Program-made: the position numbers and the translations under genes
Notes under the pieces: model-generated
The model's input: the letters and a program-made list of their open reading frames with translations, nothing else
Told to the model about the DNA's origin: nothing
Database searches by the model: none
Assembly: GCA_016839585.1 (NCBI GenBank)
Contig: JAEOTZ010000017.1
Location: forward strand, 34,973 to 98,972
DNA from: Promethearchaeota archaeon
Lineage (GTDB): Archaea > Asgardarchaeota > Lokiarchaeia > Sigyniarchaeales > SOKP01
Direction of reading: 5' to 3'
Length of the DNA: 64,000 nt
In this document: positions 49,338 to 60,105 of the stretch, piece by piece
How positions within the stretch are numbered: position 1 is the stretch's first letter
Layout of the letters: every line of letters starts with the position of its first letter

Positions 49338-50999
49338 ATGGAAGAAATAAAACCAATTTTAACTAACTTTTTATCATCTCTAAAAGCAGAGATTTTAGAT
49401 TATTTTAACCATAGCTACTCATATTTAAAGGATCTTATTTCTTACAAAAACATTGATTTAAATAAAAAAACATCTGATGAAAGCAAGAAATCAATGAAGA
49501 ATACATCAAAAGATATTACAAAAGCAATAAAAACAGGTTTAAATACAATAGGAGTTTCAATGGATAAAATATCAGATGAACAGAAAAAATTTGAAGAGAA
49601 TTTTAAAATTGAACAATTTCCTGATTATAACACTTTTTTTGAACAGAATTTAACTATTTATGTAAATAAAATCTTATTTGAAATTTTAGTCAAATATCTT
49701 ATTGATTTTGATAGGAAACAAATTGAAAATTTAAACCTTTTTAACTTGATACCCCAAAGTTTCATTCAGAAACTAAATAATTTTAAAGAAAATAATATTA
49801 CTACACCACATATTAAGGAAGTATTTCAAACAAGTAAAATCTATGATTATATTGATTATACTAATTTTCATCTAATAATTGAGAAAGTAGGGGAGGTTGG
49901 ATCAGTTGAAAAATCTAAAGAACAAAAGCAAGAGAGTGATATTTTAAAACAACTTCAATTTGCTAAACGAGATAGTATTGAGACTCTAAAAACCCCAAAA
50001 AAAGAGATAATCAAAGAAGAGCCCTCACTTAGAAGAAGAATTACTGAGATCACACCAAATAACCAAATAATAGATTTACAATCCATAAATTTAGATAAGG
50101 AACCAAAATTAACATACCTTGATTATTTTGGGAATTTCCCCTCTATTCATCCAGAGATTATTAATAAAATTAAAATCGAAATTATGAATTTTTTAAATTC
50201 TAGAGTTGTAAATCCTGACTTTCTTGACTTAGAAAATCTCTTTTATTATGTTTCTATATTAAAAATGTTAAATATAGAATTTCCTTTTACTTCTATTGAA
50301 ATTTTAAAAATTATAAAGAAGTACATAAATGGAAAGATGTTTAGCGCTTCAAGAGAAGCTAAACCTGACCCTGTAAATATTTTTTTCGGGCTTATTATAT
50401 TTTCAGAATTAAATCTCCTAAATAACCCCGATATTATAGATCTTCTTGCTATTGAAATGTTCCTCGAATCAGAATTGAGAAATTTTACTCCAGAGAAATT
50501 AAGTTTGAATTTCTATACTTTATTTAGTTTGAGGTTATTGGAAAAAAGTGGAACTATAATAATGAATAAGAGAGATCTTCTAAACCCTATTTTAAACCTT
50601 AATTTGCATAATCTAGAAGAATATAAACCTTCTTTTGATATTTATCATCAACTTACATTGATAAAATTGATTGATAAGAGAATAAACCTTCAACCATTTA
50701 AATCTCGTTATAATAATGAGCTAAAAAATTTAATAAAATCCAATGGATCGATCAATGATATTATTACTGATTCGGCTAAAGTATTATTGATATATGATCT
50801 CCTTGAGCTAAAAGAACAAGAATCAGAATTTTGTAGTCAATTATTAGATTTTATAACTAATTCGACAAATTTTTTTAGCCTAGAAGAGATTAATAAAGAC
50901 TTTAACTGGCGAACTGATAAATTAGGTTATAAAGTTGAATTAAGGATGCTATTTTGGGCATTATTAGCAATCTCTCAATATGGATCTCTACTTTCTTAA
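49338..50999 (+). CDS. Hypothetical helical protein
   Basis: 553-aa ORF; no confident motif. Confidence 0.75.
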   Translation: MEEIKPILTNFLSSLKAEILDYFNHSYSYLKDLISYKNIDLNKKTSDESKKSMKNTSKDITKAIKTGLNTIGVSMDKISDEQKKFEENFKIEQFPDYNTFFEQNLTIYVNKILFEILVKYLIDFDRKQIENLNLFNLIPQSFIQKLNNFKENNITTPHIKEVFQTSKIYDYIDYTNFHLIIEKVGEVGSVEKSKEQKQESDILKQLQFAKRDSIETLKTPKKEIIKEEPSLRRRITEITPNNQIIDLQSINLDKEPKLTYLDYFGNFPSIHPEIINKIKIEIMNFLNSRVVNPDFLDLENLFYYVSILKMLNIEFPFTSIEILKIIKKYINGKMFSASREAKPDPVNIFFGLIIFSELNLLNNPDIIDLLAIEMFLESELRNFTPEKLSLNFYTLFSLRLLEKSGTIIMNKRDLLNPILNLNLHNLEEYKPSFDIYHQLTLIKLIDKRINLQPFKSRYNNELKNLIKSNGSINDIITDSAKVLLIYDLLELKEQESEFCSQLLDFITNSTNFFSLEEINKDFNWRTDKLGYKVELRMLFWALLAISQYGSLLS

Positions 51000-51023
51000 A
51001 AATAGCTCTAACTATTAATATCT

Positions 51024-51650
51024 CTAATCTTGATTAGTCTTTTTTATATTAAAAATGGTTAAAAGAAAATGTTTAACTGTGGGAGTAACTTGACCAAGTT
51101 TAACAGCTTTATTCCATTTTTCTATTAAAATTTCATTATTATTCAATTCTTCTATTGTTTGTTTTCCTAATTCTATCCATTTATCTTCATTAATAAGAGG
51201 GGCGTCAACTCCGATACCAGGACAATATTGTTTCCCTTTTTCGGTATAAAACATTTTAATTTTAGCACTTGTTTTATTAGACTTACTAAAAATAAGATTG
51301 AATGAAAAAGGAAAAGTTCTACAAAATGCCGGACGTAGCTTATAAATTTTACACTGTTTATTTTTGGCATCATAAAAATAACATAACCCTGAATCTTTCT
51401 TAAGAAGTCCAATAAATGCTAACCCTCTTTCTGTTTCTATTGGAGAAACCACCATTTTATGTTCTTCATTTATATTTTCTTTATCAAAAATATAAAACCC
51501 AATAACTTCAAGAGTTTCTTCAATGCTCAAATTTAAACCATTTCTGATTCTTAAAATATCAAAATAAGTCGTATTAACTATTGTATTTATATCGCTACAA
51601 CAATTTCCGCATCTAGTACATCTAAATCTGAATTCTTTCAAATTGTTCAT
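51024..51650 (-). CDS. YkgJ family CxxCxxCC protein
   Basis: CTRCGNCC...CYFY...CKIYKLRPAFCRTFPF...CPG. Confidence 0.87.
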   Translation of the reverse strand: MNNLKEFRFRCTRCGNCCSDINTIVNTTYFDILRIRNGLNLSIEETLEVIGFYIFDKENINEEHKMVVSPIETERGLAFIGLLKKDSGLCYFYDAKNKQCKIYKLRPAFCRTFPFSFNLIFSKSNKTSAKIKMFYTEKGKQYCPGIGVDAPLINEDKWIELGKQTIEELNNNEILIEKWNKAVKLGQVTPTVKHFLLTIFNIKKTNQD

Positions 51651-51697
51651 AAAATAAATAAAAATAATAAATATATTATGATTTTGATGAAATTCTA

Positions 51698-54600
51698 TTA
51701 ATTAAATGGAATAATTATTTTTTGTGCTATTAATGATTCTATTGCTTTTATAATTATATCTTTATTTTCTTCATGAACTAGATTAATTATTGTATCTAAA
51801 TGAATAATATTCTCCTTACTTTTGGCAACTGAATTGATAACATTTAAAACCCGAATTTCCATTTTGTTTAGACTTTTATCTTTCTTCATCTTGAGGAATT
51901 CAGCATCCCTAATGTTCAATTGAAATGATTCTTTATAATAAAGTTCAAAATATTCATTTAATATTGGTGGCAATATTACCTCAAAACGTTCTAATGATCC
52001 GTCCCAACTTTGTAATTGTTCTGATAGGTTCAAATTTAAGGCTAATAAAAGTTGTCTAAGTTGACTTTTTAATCGTTCAGATGATTTATCTCTAAGTACT
52101 AATACTGTTCTTACGTCTTCTAAATCAGCAATAAGGCAATAGAATTGTTTAAAATCTAATTCCATAATTCTTTCACCACCATAACCTTTAGTTGATTCTT
52201 TCATCTTAGGCTCTGTGGATTCTTGCTTAGTAAATTCTTCTCCAATTGTAGTTATTGCTTGAATAAATCCAGAAAAAAGTTCCTTTTTATGTTTCTCTAA
52301 AATAGAATAACTTTTAGAATAGATTGGTATCCCGCTAAATCTGTGTATTACCACTATAGCCTGAATATTTCTGATATCTTTAAATCTTTGGGTTTCTGCT
52401 AAAAGTTCAGATTCCTTCCTTCTTTTTCTTGGTAAGATTACATAAGACCTTAAGCTTAGAGCCGCAAATATAGCACCTATTCCAATAGAAGCAAACAATA
52501 TTCCCAATAACATATAGTTTGGTTTTTCGGGTGTTATAGGAGGATTTATGATTTCAAACTGGAATATATGAGTCTGTGGTTCATATCCAATTGCTGAGAA
52601 TTCAAATACCAATCGATAAACACCTAAGCTATCAATAAATTCAGTACTGAATTCAATTGAATAATAACCATCAGATTCATCCTCAACAGTATAATAGGCT
52701 GGATTACTTATATTTACTAAAACCTGAGCTCCAGGGATTCCTTCCTCATCAAATTCTGAATAATAAAAGAATCTAATAGTACTATTTGTATGTATAACTA
52801 CTTTTGAATCAGACTCTAATCTCTGTAAATTTGTATCTTCTCCAAGGTTTATTCTTAAAGTTAAGTTACTACTTATAAAACCTACCTTGCTTGTACTTAT
52901 GATTATGTTATATAATCCGAATCCACCTAAATCTGCTGTATCCAGAACAGCTTCATAAATTCCTAATGAAGCTTCTACTAAAAATTCTGTACCTGTTGTC
53001 CAATTATAAGAAACTAAAGCATCGGAGATATATAAATCATTTTCAGCATCTCGTAAATAAATTCTCAATGGAATAAGATCTCCAACAGTACCCCCTGTTT
53101 GGTTATCTAATCTTGCATCATCAGGCTTTAAGATCGTTAAATAACTATTATGAATTATAGTGAAATTGGATTTCAATCCACCCAATGCTGTTCCATTACT
53201 CCAAAATAGTGTATAATTATAAATTCCTCCTACAGAATTTTGAGAAGTGAAGGTAATACTTGAAAAAATCACGGTTCCGTTTGATAATGGTTTTTTAGAT
53301 TCTTGATACCACTTTGTTCCATTAGGATAATAAATTGTAAGATTTACTGTCGTTTGATCCAGATTCAATGGAATTTCATTAGTATAATTTATTTGAGTTT
53401 TAATCTGAGCAGATTCACCAGAATAAAATTCTCTATATCCCCATTCACCATCTTTTGACATATCTGTGTTATTTCCACTAATATAGTTTTGAGAAATTGC
53501 CTTAAATCTCCACCAACCTGGATATATCGCATTAGTCTTATTTATTTTTAAATATGAATTCCCTTCTTCTCCACCTTCATAAGATTTAGGTTGTAAAGTA
53601 GGATCTAATACAGTAATAAATTTCCAGTTCTTAGGCTTTTTGATAATAAATTCAAAATCAGAATATTGAGAGGGCATATAGAAATTATGTAAGAATTCCC
53701 AGTATATTGTACCATTGTCTAATATTTTATAAGTTATACCTATATCATTTTGTTGATTAATCTTTGAAGTTGTATTATGGAACCCATATAACGTCGTATT
53801 TAGGAAAAAGGAAAGTGATGGAGAATATGTTTTAACCATTAGAAATATTGGATTTGATGACCATCCTTCATTAAAAGATTTATAAGCTGAACCCCAGTTA
53901 TACCCATTAAATAATTGTTCTTCATTAATAGTGAGATTAACGCTATTTTGAGTAGAATTTGCTATTGTTGTTAATATTAAACTTAAATTATCAAATCCAA
54001 TGACTTGTTGATATTGATCATCTAGACCATCATATAAAAAATCGGAGTTACTTAAAATTCCTAAAGAAATATTAATTTTTTGTTCATTTACTACATCACT
54101 AAAAATTTTTGTTTTATTACTCCATAAATCTAAATAGATATTTCCTGTTTTCTGCCATTTATACTTACCTCCTTCAACGATATCCCTGAAACCTATTCGG
54201 TATATTATTATTTTGTTGATTGCAATATAGATATAAAAATCATTTACGGCTATAGCATAATCTGCATAATAATCAAAACTAAAATAACCATCTATAACTG
54301 ATCCTCTTGGAATAGTTAAGTTTTGATATATTTCAACATAATCTCCATCATTATATGCAGGATAATTCGCACCATCATAGGGGTCAACATACCTATCTGC
54401 ATATAGAGCTAAAAACGCCGCAGTAGCATTAATACTGGTTTCATTAAAAATAGCAAAACCATAATTTGTTTTTGATATTGATGCATTATTGTTACTCCAT
54501 GAATTTGTTTCAATAACTCCGCTATAATACTCATAATGATCAATATAATATCCATAATCTGTATTTGAAAAATCAGTATCAAGAAAAACATCTAAAGTGT

Positions 54601-55255
54601 CTCCTTTTGCCCACGGTGTGTAAAAAGGATCGAATTGACTGCCAGTATTTTGATAACACATATTTCCATCTTTATCATGTACATAAACATAATCATAGTA
54701 TGCTTCTAATGAAAAATTGATAAAATGAGCTCTAATAGCAGTGACTCCTGGATGGTTTATTTGATCCAAACTATTACTTTTGTCTCTATTATTTCGATAT
54801 TCTCCACCTTGACGATCATTTTCATGAACTTCATAAACCTTATATCTTTCCATATTAGTGGAATGAAAATCACTATTATTTATCCAATCTCTTGTATCTT
54901 GTACATTTTTCAGCGAGATATCGATTTTTGAAACATTCCAATCATGGATTTCATCTAAATAATAAGTTAAATTTAATTCTTCTTCATTAGATAGTGAAAT
55001 TTCTTGATTTAATTTATATAAATTACCCGTATCCGTAATATTTAAAGCTGGTTCAGTTCCTTCAAATAAATATGGACTAGAATCTGCACTTCTCAAATCT
55101 AATTCAATATTATCATCTTTATATCGTTTAGAAATGTTAAAATGATTAGAATAGGTATTTACAGATATCATAAATATGGAAATAATGAAAATTATTGAAA
55201 TCGTTCTCTTTTTAAAATTTAATTTATTGTATGATTTAGACAAAAAAATCCCCAT
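51698..55255 (-). CDS. Large single-pass membrane protein: CUB-like/Ig-like ectodomain, cytoplasmic longin-like domain
   Basis: Signal anchor; IRAHFINFSLEAYYDYVYVHD (CUB-like); many NxS/T sites; TM + PRKRRK; IVVIHRFSGIPIYS...LFSGFIQAI. Confidence 0.75.
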   Translation of the reverse strand: MGIFLSKSYNKLNFKKRTISIIFIISIFMISVNTYSNHFNISKRYKDDNIELDLRSADSSPYLFEGTEPALNITDTGNLYKLNQEISLSNEEELNLTYYLDEIHDWNVSKIDISLKNVQDTRDWINNSDFHSTNMERYKVYEVHENDRQGGEYRNNRDKSNSLDQINHPGVTAIRAHFINFSLEAYYDYVYVHDKDGNMCYQNTGSQFDPFYTPWAKGDTLDVFLDTDFSNTDYGYYIDHYEYYSGVIETNSWSNNNASISKTNYGFAIFNETSINATAAFLALYADRYVDPYDGANYPAYNDGDYVEIYQNLTIPRGSVIDGYFSFDYYADYAIAVNDFYIYIAINKIIIYRIGFRDIVEGGKYKWQKTGNIYLDLWSNKTKIFSDVVNEQKINISLGILSNSDFLYDGLDDQYQQVIGFDNLSLILTTIANSTQNSVNLTINEEQLFNGYNWGSAYKSFNEGWSSNPIFLMVKTYSPSLSFFLNTTLYGFHNTTSKINQQNDIGITYKILDNGTIYWEFLHNFYMPSQYSDFEFIIKKPKNWKFITVLDPTLQPKSYEGGEEGNSYLKINKTNAIYPGWWRFKAISQNYISGNNTDMSKDGEWGYREFYSGESAQIKTQINYTNEIPLNLDQTTVNLTIYYPNGTKWYQESKKPLSNGTVIFSSITFTSQNSVGGIYNYTLFWSNGTALGGLKSNFTIIHNSYLTILKPDDARLDNQTGGTVGDLIPLRIYLRDAENDLYISDALVSYNWTTGTEFLVEASLGIYEAVLDTADLGGFGLYNIIISTSKVGFISSNLTLRINLGEDTNLQRLESDSKVVIHTNSTIRFFYYSEFDEEGIPGAQVLVNISNPAYYTVEDESDGYYSIEFSTEFIDSLGVYRLVFEFSAIGYEPQTHIFQFEIINPPITPEKPNYMLLGILFASIGIGAIFAALSLRSYVILPRKRRKESELLAETQRFKDIRNIQAIVVIHRFSGIPIYSKSYSILEKHKKELFSGFIQAITTIGEEFTKQESTEPKMKESTKGYGGERIMELDFKQFYCLIADLEDVRTVLVLRDKSSERLKSQLRQLLLALNLNLSEQLQSWDGSLERFEVILPPILNEYFELYYKESFQLNIRDAEFLKMKKDKSLNKMEIRVLNVINSVAKSKENIIHLDTIINLVHEENKDIIIKAIESLIAQKIIIPFN

Positions 55256-55432
55256 TAATTAAACAAAATATATTTTTATGTAATAAGAAAAAAATATACA
55301 AATTTAAATAATTGCGATAGTAAAAAGAAGAAGCTTTTTACAATTTTGAAACTCTTATTAAATTTTTAATTATGATCCTTTTGGTATTTAAAGAAAAGTA
55401 GCTAATTTAAAAATTGGAGCTTAATCAATAAA

Positions 55433-55747
55433 TTAGTTTGGTAAAAATTCATCTTTTAATTCCGCCATTAAAATCTTTCTTTCTTCTTTAGATATATGAT
55501 TAGCGTCTTCTCCACATTTATTATAAGTATCAGGTGGGGTATCTTCAAACAAGGAGATTAATAAAAGAATTGCATTTGTGACTAAAGTTCTATTTCTGGT
55601 ACGTTTAAAATATTCCATTAATTCAATTAGGGCTTTACTTCTCCAGATTTCCGCTTTTCTATATTCAAAATTTCCTTTTTGAAAGTAGTTAATTATTCTA
55701 ATATAATAGTTTAACTCGAAATCTATGTCGTTATTAATTAAACTCAT
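55433..55747 (-). CDS. Hypothetical protein
   Basis: 104-aa ORF. Confidence 0.65.
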   Translation of the reverse strand: MSLINNDIDFELNYYIRIINYFQKGNFEYRKAEIWRSKALIELMEYFKRTRNRTLVTNAILLLISLFEDTPPDTYNKCGEDANHISKEERKILMAELKDEFLPN

Positions 55748-56076
55748 CTTTGTTTACTTACTCGTTCTTAGCTAATTATTTAAACTTAGAAATTATTTTT
55801 AAATTGATATTTTTTTATTCTTTTATGTTATATCATTCCGCACATTTTTCTTCCTTCGCGGAATTAAAATACAATTTAACTAAATTAATATTTGTGTGTA
55901 AAAAATTTTACAATTTTTAGATATAAAATTTCTTGCCTATTTTATTTTCTATTATGATACGTAGATATCATATATATACGACAATTATGAAGAGATACAA
56001 TAAAAAACGACTTAATTAACTAACTTATATGATTAAATAATTTGAATTTTATAGTATGGTTAATTACTAAGAAAAA

Positions 56077-56703
56077 ATGGAAACCTTATTAGAAACTGTA
56101 GAACAATTAAAAAAGAGTGAAGTAGAGGCATTAATAAAAACGCGTATAAATGAATTCAGTGATATCAAACATGGTTCTATTAATGATATTTTTAAAGAAT
56201 TATGTTTCTGTATAATGACTGCGAATTGTGGAGCTGAAAAATGCATTGAAATTCATGAAAAAATTAATAAGGGATTCTTAAATCTTTCTCAACTTCAATT
56301 AGCAGAGAGATTTAAAGATTTAGGGTATAGATTTCCAAATGTGCGCTCCAAATTTATTGTAGAAGCCAGGAAGAAAATGAAAAATCTAAATAAGATAATT
56401 AGATTAAATAATGATGAGATTGAACTAAGAGAATGGCTCGTTAAAAATATAAAAGGAATTGGATATAAAGAAGGAAGTCATTTTCTTAGAAATATAGGCT
56501 ATAAAAATCTAGCAATTATCGATTTTCATATTCTGGATCTCTTAGATCAACACGAATTAATTGAAAAACCAAAAGTATTAACTAAAAAAATATATCTTGA
56601 TATTGAAAATCTATTAAAAAGAATAGCAAAAGAATTAAACCTAAATTTATCTGAATTAGATTTATTTCTGTGGTATTTAGAAACAGGTAAAATACTCAAA
56701 TAA
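56077..56703 (+). CDS. ogg: 8-oxoguanine N-glycosylase/DNA lyase (archaeal Ogg)
   Basis: FKELCFCIMTAN, GYRFPN-R, LREWLV-NIKGIGYKE-SHFLRN-G, AIIDFH, LDL-LWY-ETGKILK. Confidence 0.92.
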   Translation: METLLETVEQLKKSEVEALIKTRINEFSDIKHGSINDIFKELCFCIMTANCGAEKCIEIHEKINKGFLNLSQLQLAERFKDLGYRFPNVRSKFIVEARKKMKNLNKIIRLNNDEIELREWLVKNIKGIGYKEGSHFLRNIGYKNLAIIDFHILDLLDQHELIEKPKVLTKKIYLDIENLLKRIAKELNLNLSELDLFLWYLETGKILK

Positions 56704-56752
56704 TTTATGTGGGCTTAATTTAAAAAAGCATAAAAGGATAAAATTTATTTAA

Positions 56753-57016
56753 TTATTCTTCAAGGTCGATAGTCAAAAATTCTTCATCAGAATTTTTCAA
56801 CTTTTTCATTAACTGTCTTGCGCCATAATCATTAAGTAATAGTTCTAATAAGTTTTTATAAAGAGCTTCAAGATTATCTAAACCCATTTTACAAAAAGCA
56901 TCATCATCGCATGAAATCTTTAGGATTTGGTATAATCCTTTTATGGATTCCTTGATATTTTCGAAATTTTTGTCCGCTTTGGTCTGCATTTTTACTACAA
57001 AATTCATACTTTCCAT
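56753..57016 (-). CDS. Hypothetical protein
   Basis: 87-aa ORF with GAGGTG upstream. Confidence 0.65.
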   Translation of the reverse strand: MESMNFVVKMQTKADKNFENIKESIKGLYQILKISCDDDAFCKMGLDNLEALYKNLLELLLNDYGARQLMKKLKNSDEEFLTIDLEE

Positions 57017-57060
57017 TTTTTATAACACCTCAAATAATGATAATTAATATGCATATTTAA

Positions 57061-57303
57061 ATATGATCATTTTTATGATCATTTCTCGACGGGGTGCTTA
57101 TGTGAATCGACGAAATGTGTACATGATGAGTCATATATTGCTGAAAATCATAAAGGAAGAAATGTGAGATTTTAATAATTGTCAAGTATTAGTTATAATG
57201 ATCGCAGAATATGATCATTATAATGGTTATTAATCAAAAAAAGATGATGGATATGGGTAATTGTCAAGAATTAGTAATAAGGATCACTAAAAACGATCAT
57301 TAT
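57061..57303. repeat. Intergenic repeats: ~45-bp imperfect direct repeat (82-bp period) and ATGATCAT palindromes
   Basis: TAATTGTCAAG-ATTAGT-ATAA-GATC...GATCATTAT at 57176 and 57258; ATGATCAT twice within 57061-57084 and again at ~57211. Confidence 0.7.
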
Positions 57304-57429
57304 TTCCTGTTTGAGTCACTAAAATAAGTAAGATTTACCAAATGATTTAAAATTCGAACTAAGATATTTAACTACTATAAATTGAAAAATGAATAATTTT
57401 AAAATAAATTAAAATAAAAAAAATTAAGA

Positions 57430-58146
57430 TTAAAATTTGTGGCCACAGGCAGTACAAAATGTGGCGTCTGCTTTATCAATTTTTGTACCACATTCGGGAC
57501 AAAAGCGAGCAACCTTAGCTTCTTCAGGAATTGGAGTTGGAGTGGGAGCAGGTGTTTTTGCCACAGGAACTGGTTTCTCTACTTGAGGAATAGCTTTTGG
57601 CTTACTAATAACTTCTTCTCTACCAATCGCCTTACCTATAATTGCTCCTAAAAGCGCTAATCCACCTCCAATAAATGGGGCAATAACCGCAAAACCGGGA
57701 TTATAATCATAATCGTTCCAAAAACTAATATGGTAGGGTGCCCCTTGGTTAGACCAATAAGCTCCAACACCTATCTCTACACCTGCTATAAAAATAATTG
57801 CCCCTATAATAAGAAGAATACCTAAAGCAATCCATGAACCAGGTGTTTCTTTTCCTCTATGAGTAAGAGCTGAGACAAACAATATAATTGTACATACAGT
57901 TAATAATATTGTAGCAATAATTCCAGGAATAACATATCCAGGAATAACTTCCCCTGTAAATGGTTCTGCAAAAAAACCAGTTTCGGAGCCATAAGCTCCA
58001 CCAGTTATTAGCATAAAACCTGTCATCCAAACAAATGAATGATATATTCCATGAGCTTCATATGCTGCAGGAGTAAAAAGACCGATTGCAACAAGGATGG
58101 CGCCAATAAATGGGCATAACCAAATAAAATCTCTAGCCTCTGCCAT
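57430..58146 (-). CDS. Four-TM membrane protein with C-terminal double-CxxC zinc ribbon, copy 1
   Basis: Four TM, Pro-rich linker, FCPECG...FCTACG; ATG after AGGTGA. Confidence 0.85.
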   Translation of the reverse strand: MAEARDFIWLCPFIGAILVAIGLFTPAAYEAHGIYHSFVWMTGFMLITGGAYGSETGFFAEPFTGEVIPGYVIPGIIATILLTVCTIILFVSALTHRGKETPGSWIALGILLIIGAIIFIAGVEIGVGAYWSNQGAPYHISFWNDYDYNPGFAVIAPFIGGGLALLGAIIGKAIGREEVISKPKAIPQVEKPVPVAKTPAPTPTPIPEEAKVARFCPECGTKIDKADATFCTACGHKF

Positions 58147-58439
58147 AATATTCACCTTATTTATTTTCTACTTTTTTGTTAGATTTCCTTAAATTTTTAG
58201 ATTTGATATATAATATAATACTGTGATATTTAATATTATATTTAATTATTTTCCTTTAGAATTCATTTAACAGAGCTTTTGATTAAAGCTAGCACTTTTT
58301 AGTTGATAATTTTTATCCATAACCAAGGTTTAAATATATTTTCAATTTTGATAAAAAACAATGAAATCAAATCTAACTAAGATATTTAACTACTAAAATT
58401 TAAAAAATGAAATAAATTAAAATAAAAAAAATTTTAAGA

Positions 58440-59156
58440 TTAAAATTTGTGACCACAAACTGAACAAAATGTGGCATCTGCTTGTTCTATTTTTGTGCCA
58501 CATTCGGAGCAAAAGCGAACAACCTTAGCTTCTTCAGTAGGAGGAGTTGGAGTGGGAGCAGGTGTTTTTGCCACAGGAACTGGTTTCTCTACTTGAGGAA
58601 CAGCTTTTGGTTTAGCAATACTTTCTGGTCTACCAATCGCTTTACCTACAATTGCTCCTAAAAGCGTCAATCCACCTCCAATAAATGGCGCAATAACCGC
58701 GAAACCGGGATTAAAATCCCAATCGGTCCAAAAACTAATATGTTCTGTGGCTCCTTCGTTATACCAATAAGTTGCAAAACCTATCTCTACACCTGCTATA
58801 AAATAGATTGCCCCTGCAATAAGAAGGATACCTAAAGCAATCCATGATTTAGGAATTTCTTTTTTTCTATGAGTAAGGGATGATACGAACAATATAATTG
58901 TACATATTGTTAAAAATATTGTGGCAATAATTCCAGGAATAATATATCCAGGAATAACAGTTCCCCCCATTGGTTCGGCAAAGAAACCAGTTTCGGGGTC
59001 AGACGGTCCACCAGTTACTAGCGTAAAACCTGTCATCCAAATAAATGTTGAAATTATTCCATAAGTTTCATATGCTGCAGGAGTAAAAAGACCGATTGCA
59101 ACAAGGATGGCGCCAATAAATGGGCATAACCAAATAAAATCTCTAGCCTCTGCCAT
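58440..59156 (-). CDS. Four-TM + zinc ribbon protein, copy 2 (recent tandem duplicate of copy 1)
   Basis: Near-identical to copy 1, including flanking non-coding DNA; period ~1010 bp. Confidence 0.85.
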   Translation of the reverse strand: MAEARDFIWLCPFIGAILVAIGLFTPAAYETYGIISTFIWMTGFTLVTGGPSDPETGFFAEPMGGTVIPGYIIPGIIATIFLTICTIILFVSSLTHRKKEIPKSWIALGILLIAGAIYFIAGVEIGFATYWYNEGATEHISFWTDWDFNPGFAVIAPFIGGGLTLLGAIVGKAIGRPESIAKPKAVPQVEKPVPVAKTPAPTPTPPTEEAKVVRFCSECGTKIEQADATFCSVCGHKF

Positions 59157-59361
59157 AATATTCACCTTATTTATTTTATACTTTTATGTTAGATTTCTTT
59201 AAATTTTTAGATTTGATATATAATATAATACTGTGATATTTAATATTATATTTTTTATCTTTTAGAATTCATTTAAGTCATCTTAATATGAGTTTAGAAT
59301 TTATATGTAAAATTTCAAAACGAAATCAAAAATAAATGAAAAAAAAAATAAAAATATTGGT

Positions 59362-60084
59362 TCAGCGAGGAAATTCAAATCCACAACTAGAACAATATTT
59401 ACTTTCACTGTACGTTATTTTTTGACCACATTCGGGACAATAATTAAAAACTTTAGGTTTTTTAGTCATTGAGTGTTCAAAAGTAGGAATAGCTTTTTCT
59501 TTAATTGGATATACTTCTCTTTTTGATACATATTTGCTTATACCTGCCCCAACAATAGCTAAAACTCCGGTTAAAAAAGGGGCGATTATACCAAAACCAG
59601 GTTCATAAACATCCCAATAGTCACTTATAACATAACCATCAGGTGGTAATTGGGAGATTACCCATTTTAAATAATTCCTCGTAGTAACGTGTATTCCAAT
59701 CATATAAATTATTGCTGCTATAAATATCAATATTCCCATACCAAGCCACATGTTTTCAAATTCTTTTGAATTTCTTCTTCCAATTCTTATACTATTCGCC
59801 GAGATAATCAGCATAATTGAGGCAATTAAAATTATTATCGCACTGAATATACCCGATAAAAATATTGGTATCATATATTCTGCAGGTTTTTCATTAAAAA
59901 AAAAATCAGTTTCTGGACTATATCCATATATCTCAGTATGAAATAATCCCCACATCCAATGATATTCACTAATACCCATTTGAGTAGCATAAGCCGAAGG
60001 AGTAAAAAATGATATAAGTAATAAAATTCCACCAATTAAAGGTATGGTCCAAATATAGTCTTTAATATCTGCTATTTTATTCAC
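59362..60084 (-). CDS. Four-TM + zinc ribbon protein, copy 3 (start GTG 60084 or ATA 60075)
   Basis: ADIKDYIW..., GFGIIAPF, YCPECG...YCSSCG. Confidence 0.83.
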   Translation of the reverse strand: MNKIADIKDYIWTIPLIGGILLLISFFTPSAYATQMGISEYHWMWGLFHTEIYGYSPETDFFFNEKPAEYMIPIFLSGIFSAIIILIASIMLIISANSIRIGRRNSKEFENMWLGMGILIFIAAIIYMIGIHVTTRNYLKWVISQLPPDGYVISDYWDVYEPGFGIIAPFLTGVLAIVGAGISKYVSKREVYPIKEKAIPTFEHSMTKKPKVFNYCPECGQKITYSESKYCSSCGFEFPR

Positions 60085-60105
60085 CTAGTTTTTTTAGTAT
60101 TAATA

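Noticed and set aside
55834-55864. ATTCCGC...GCGGAAT hairpin as a tRNA or riboswitch
   Set aside because: A single 7-bp stem with no cloverleaf or other support.
57123-57144. C/D box sRNA (ATGATGA...CTGA)
   Set aside because: Only one box pair; no second guide or terminal stem found.
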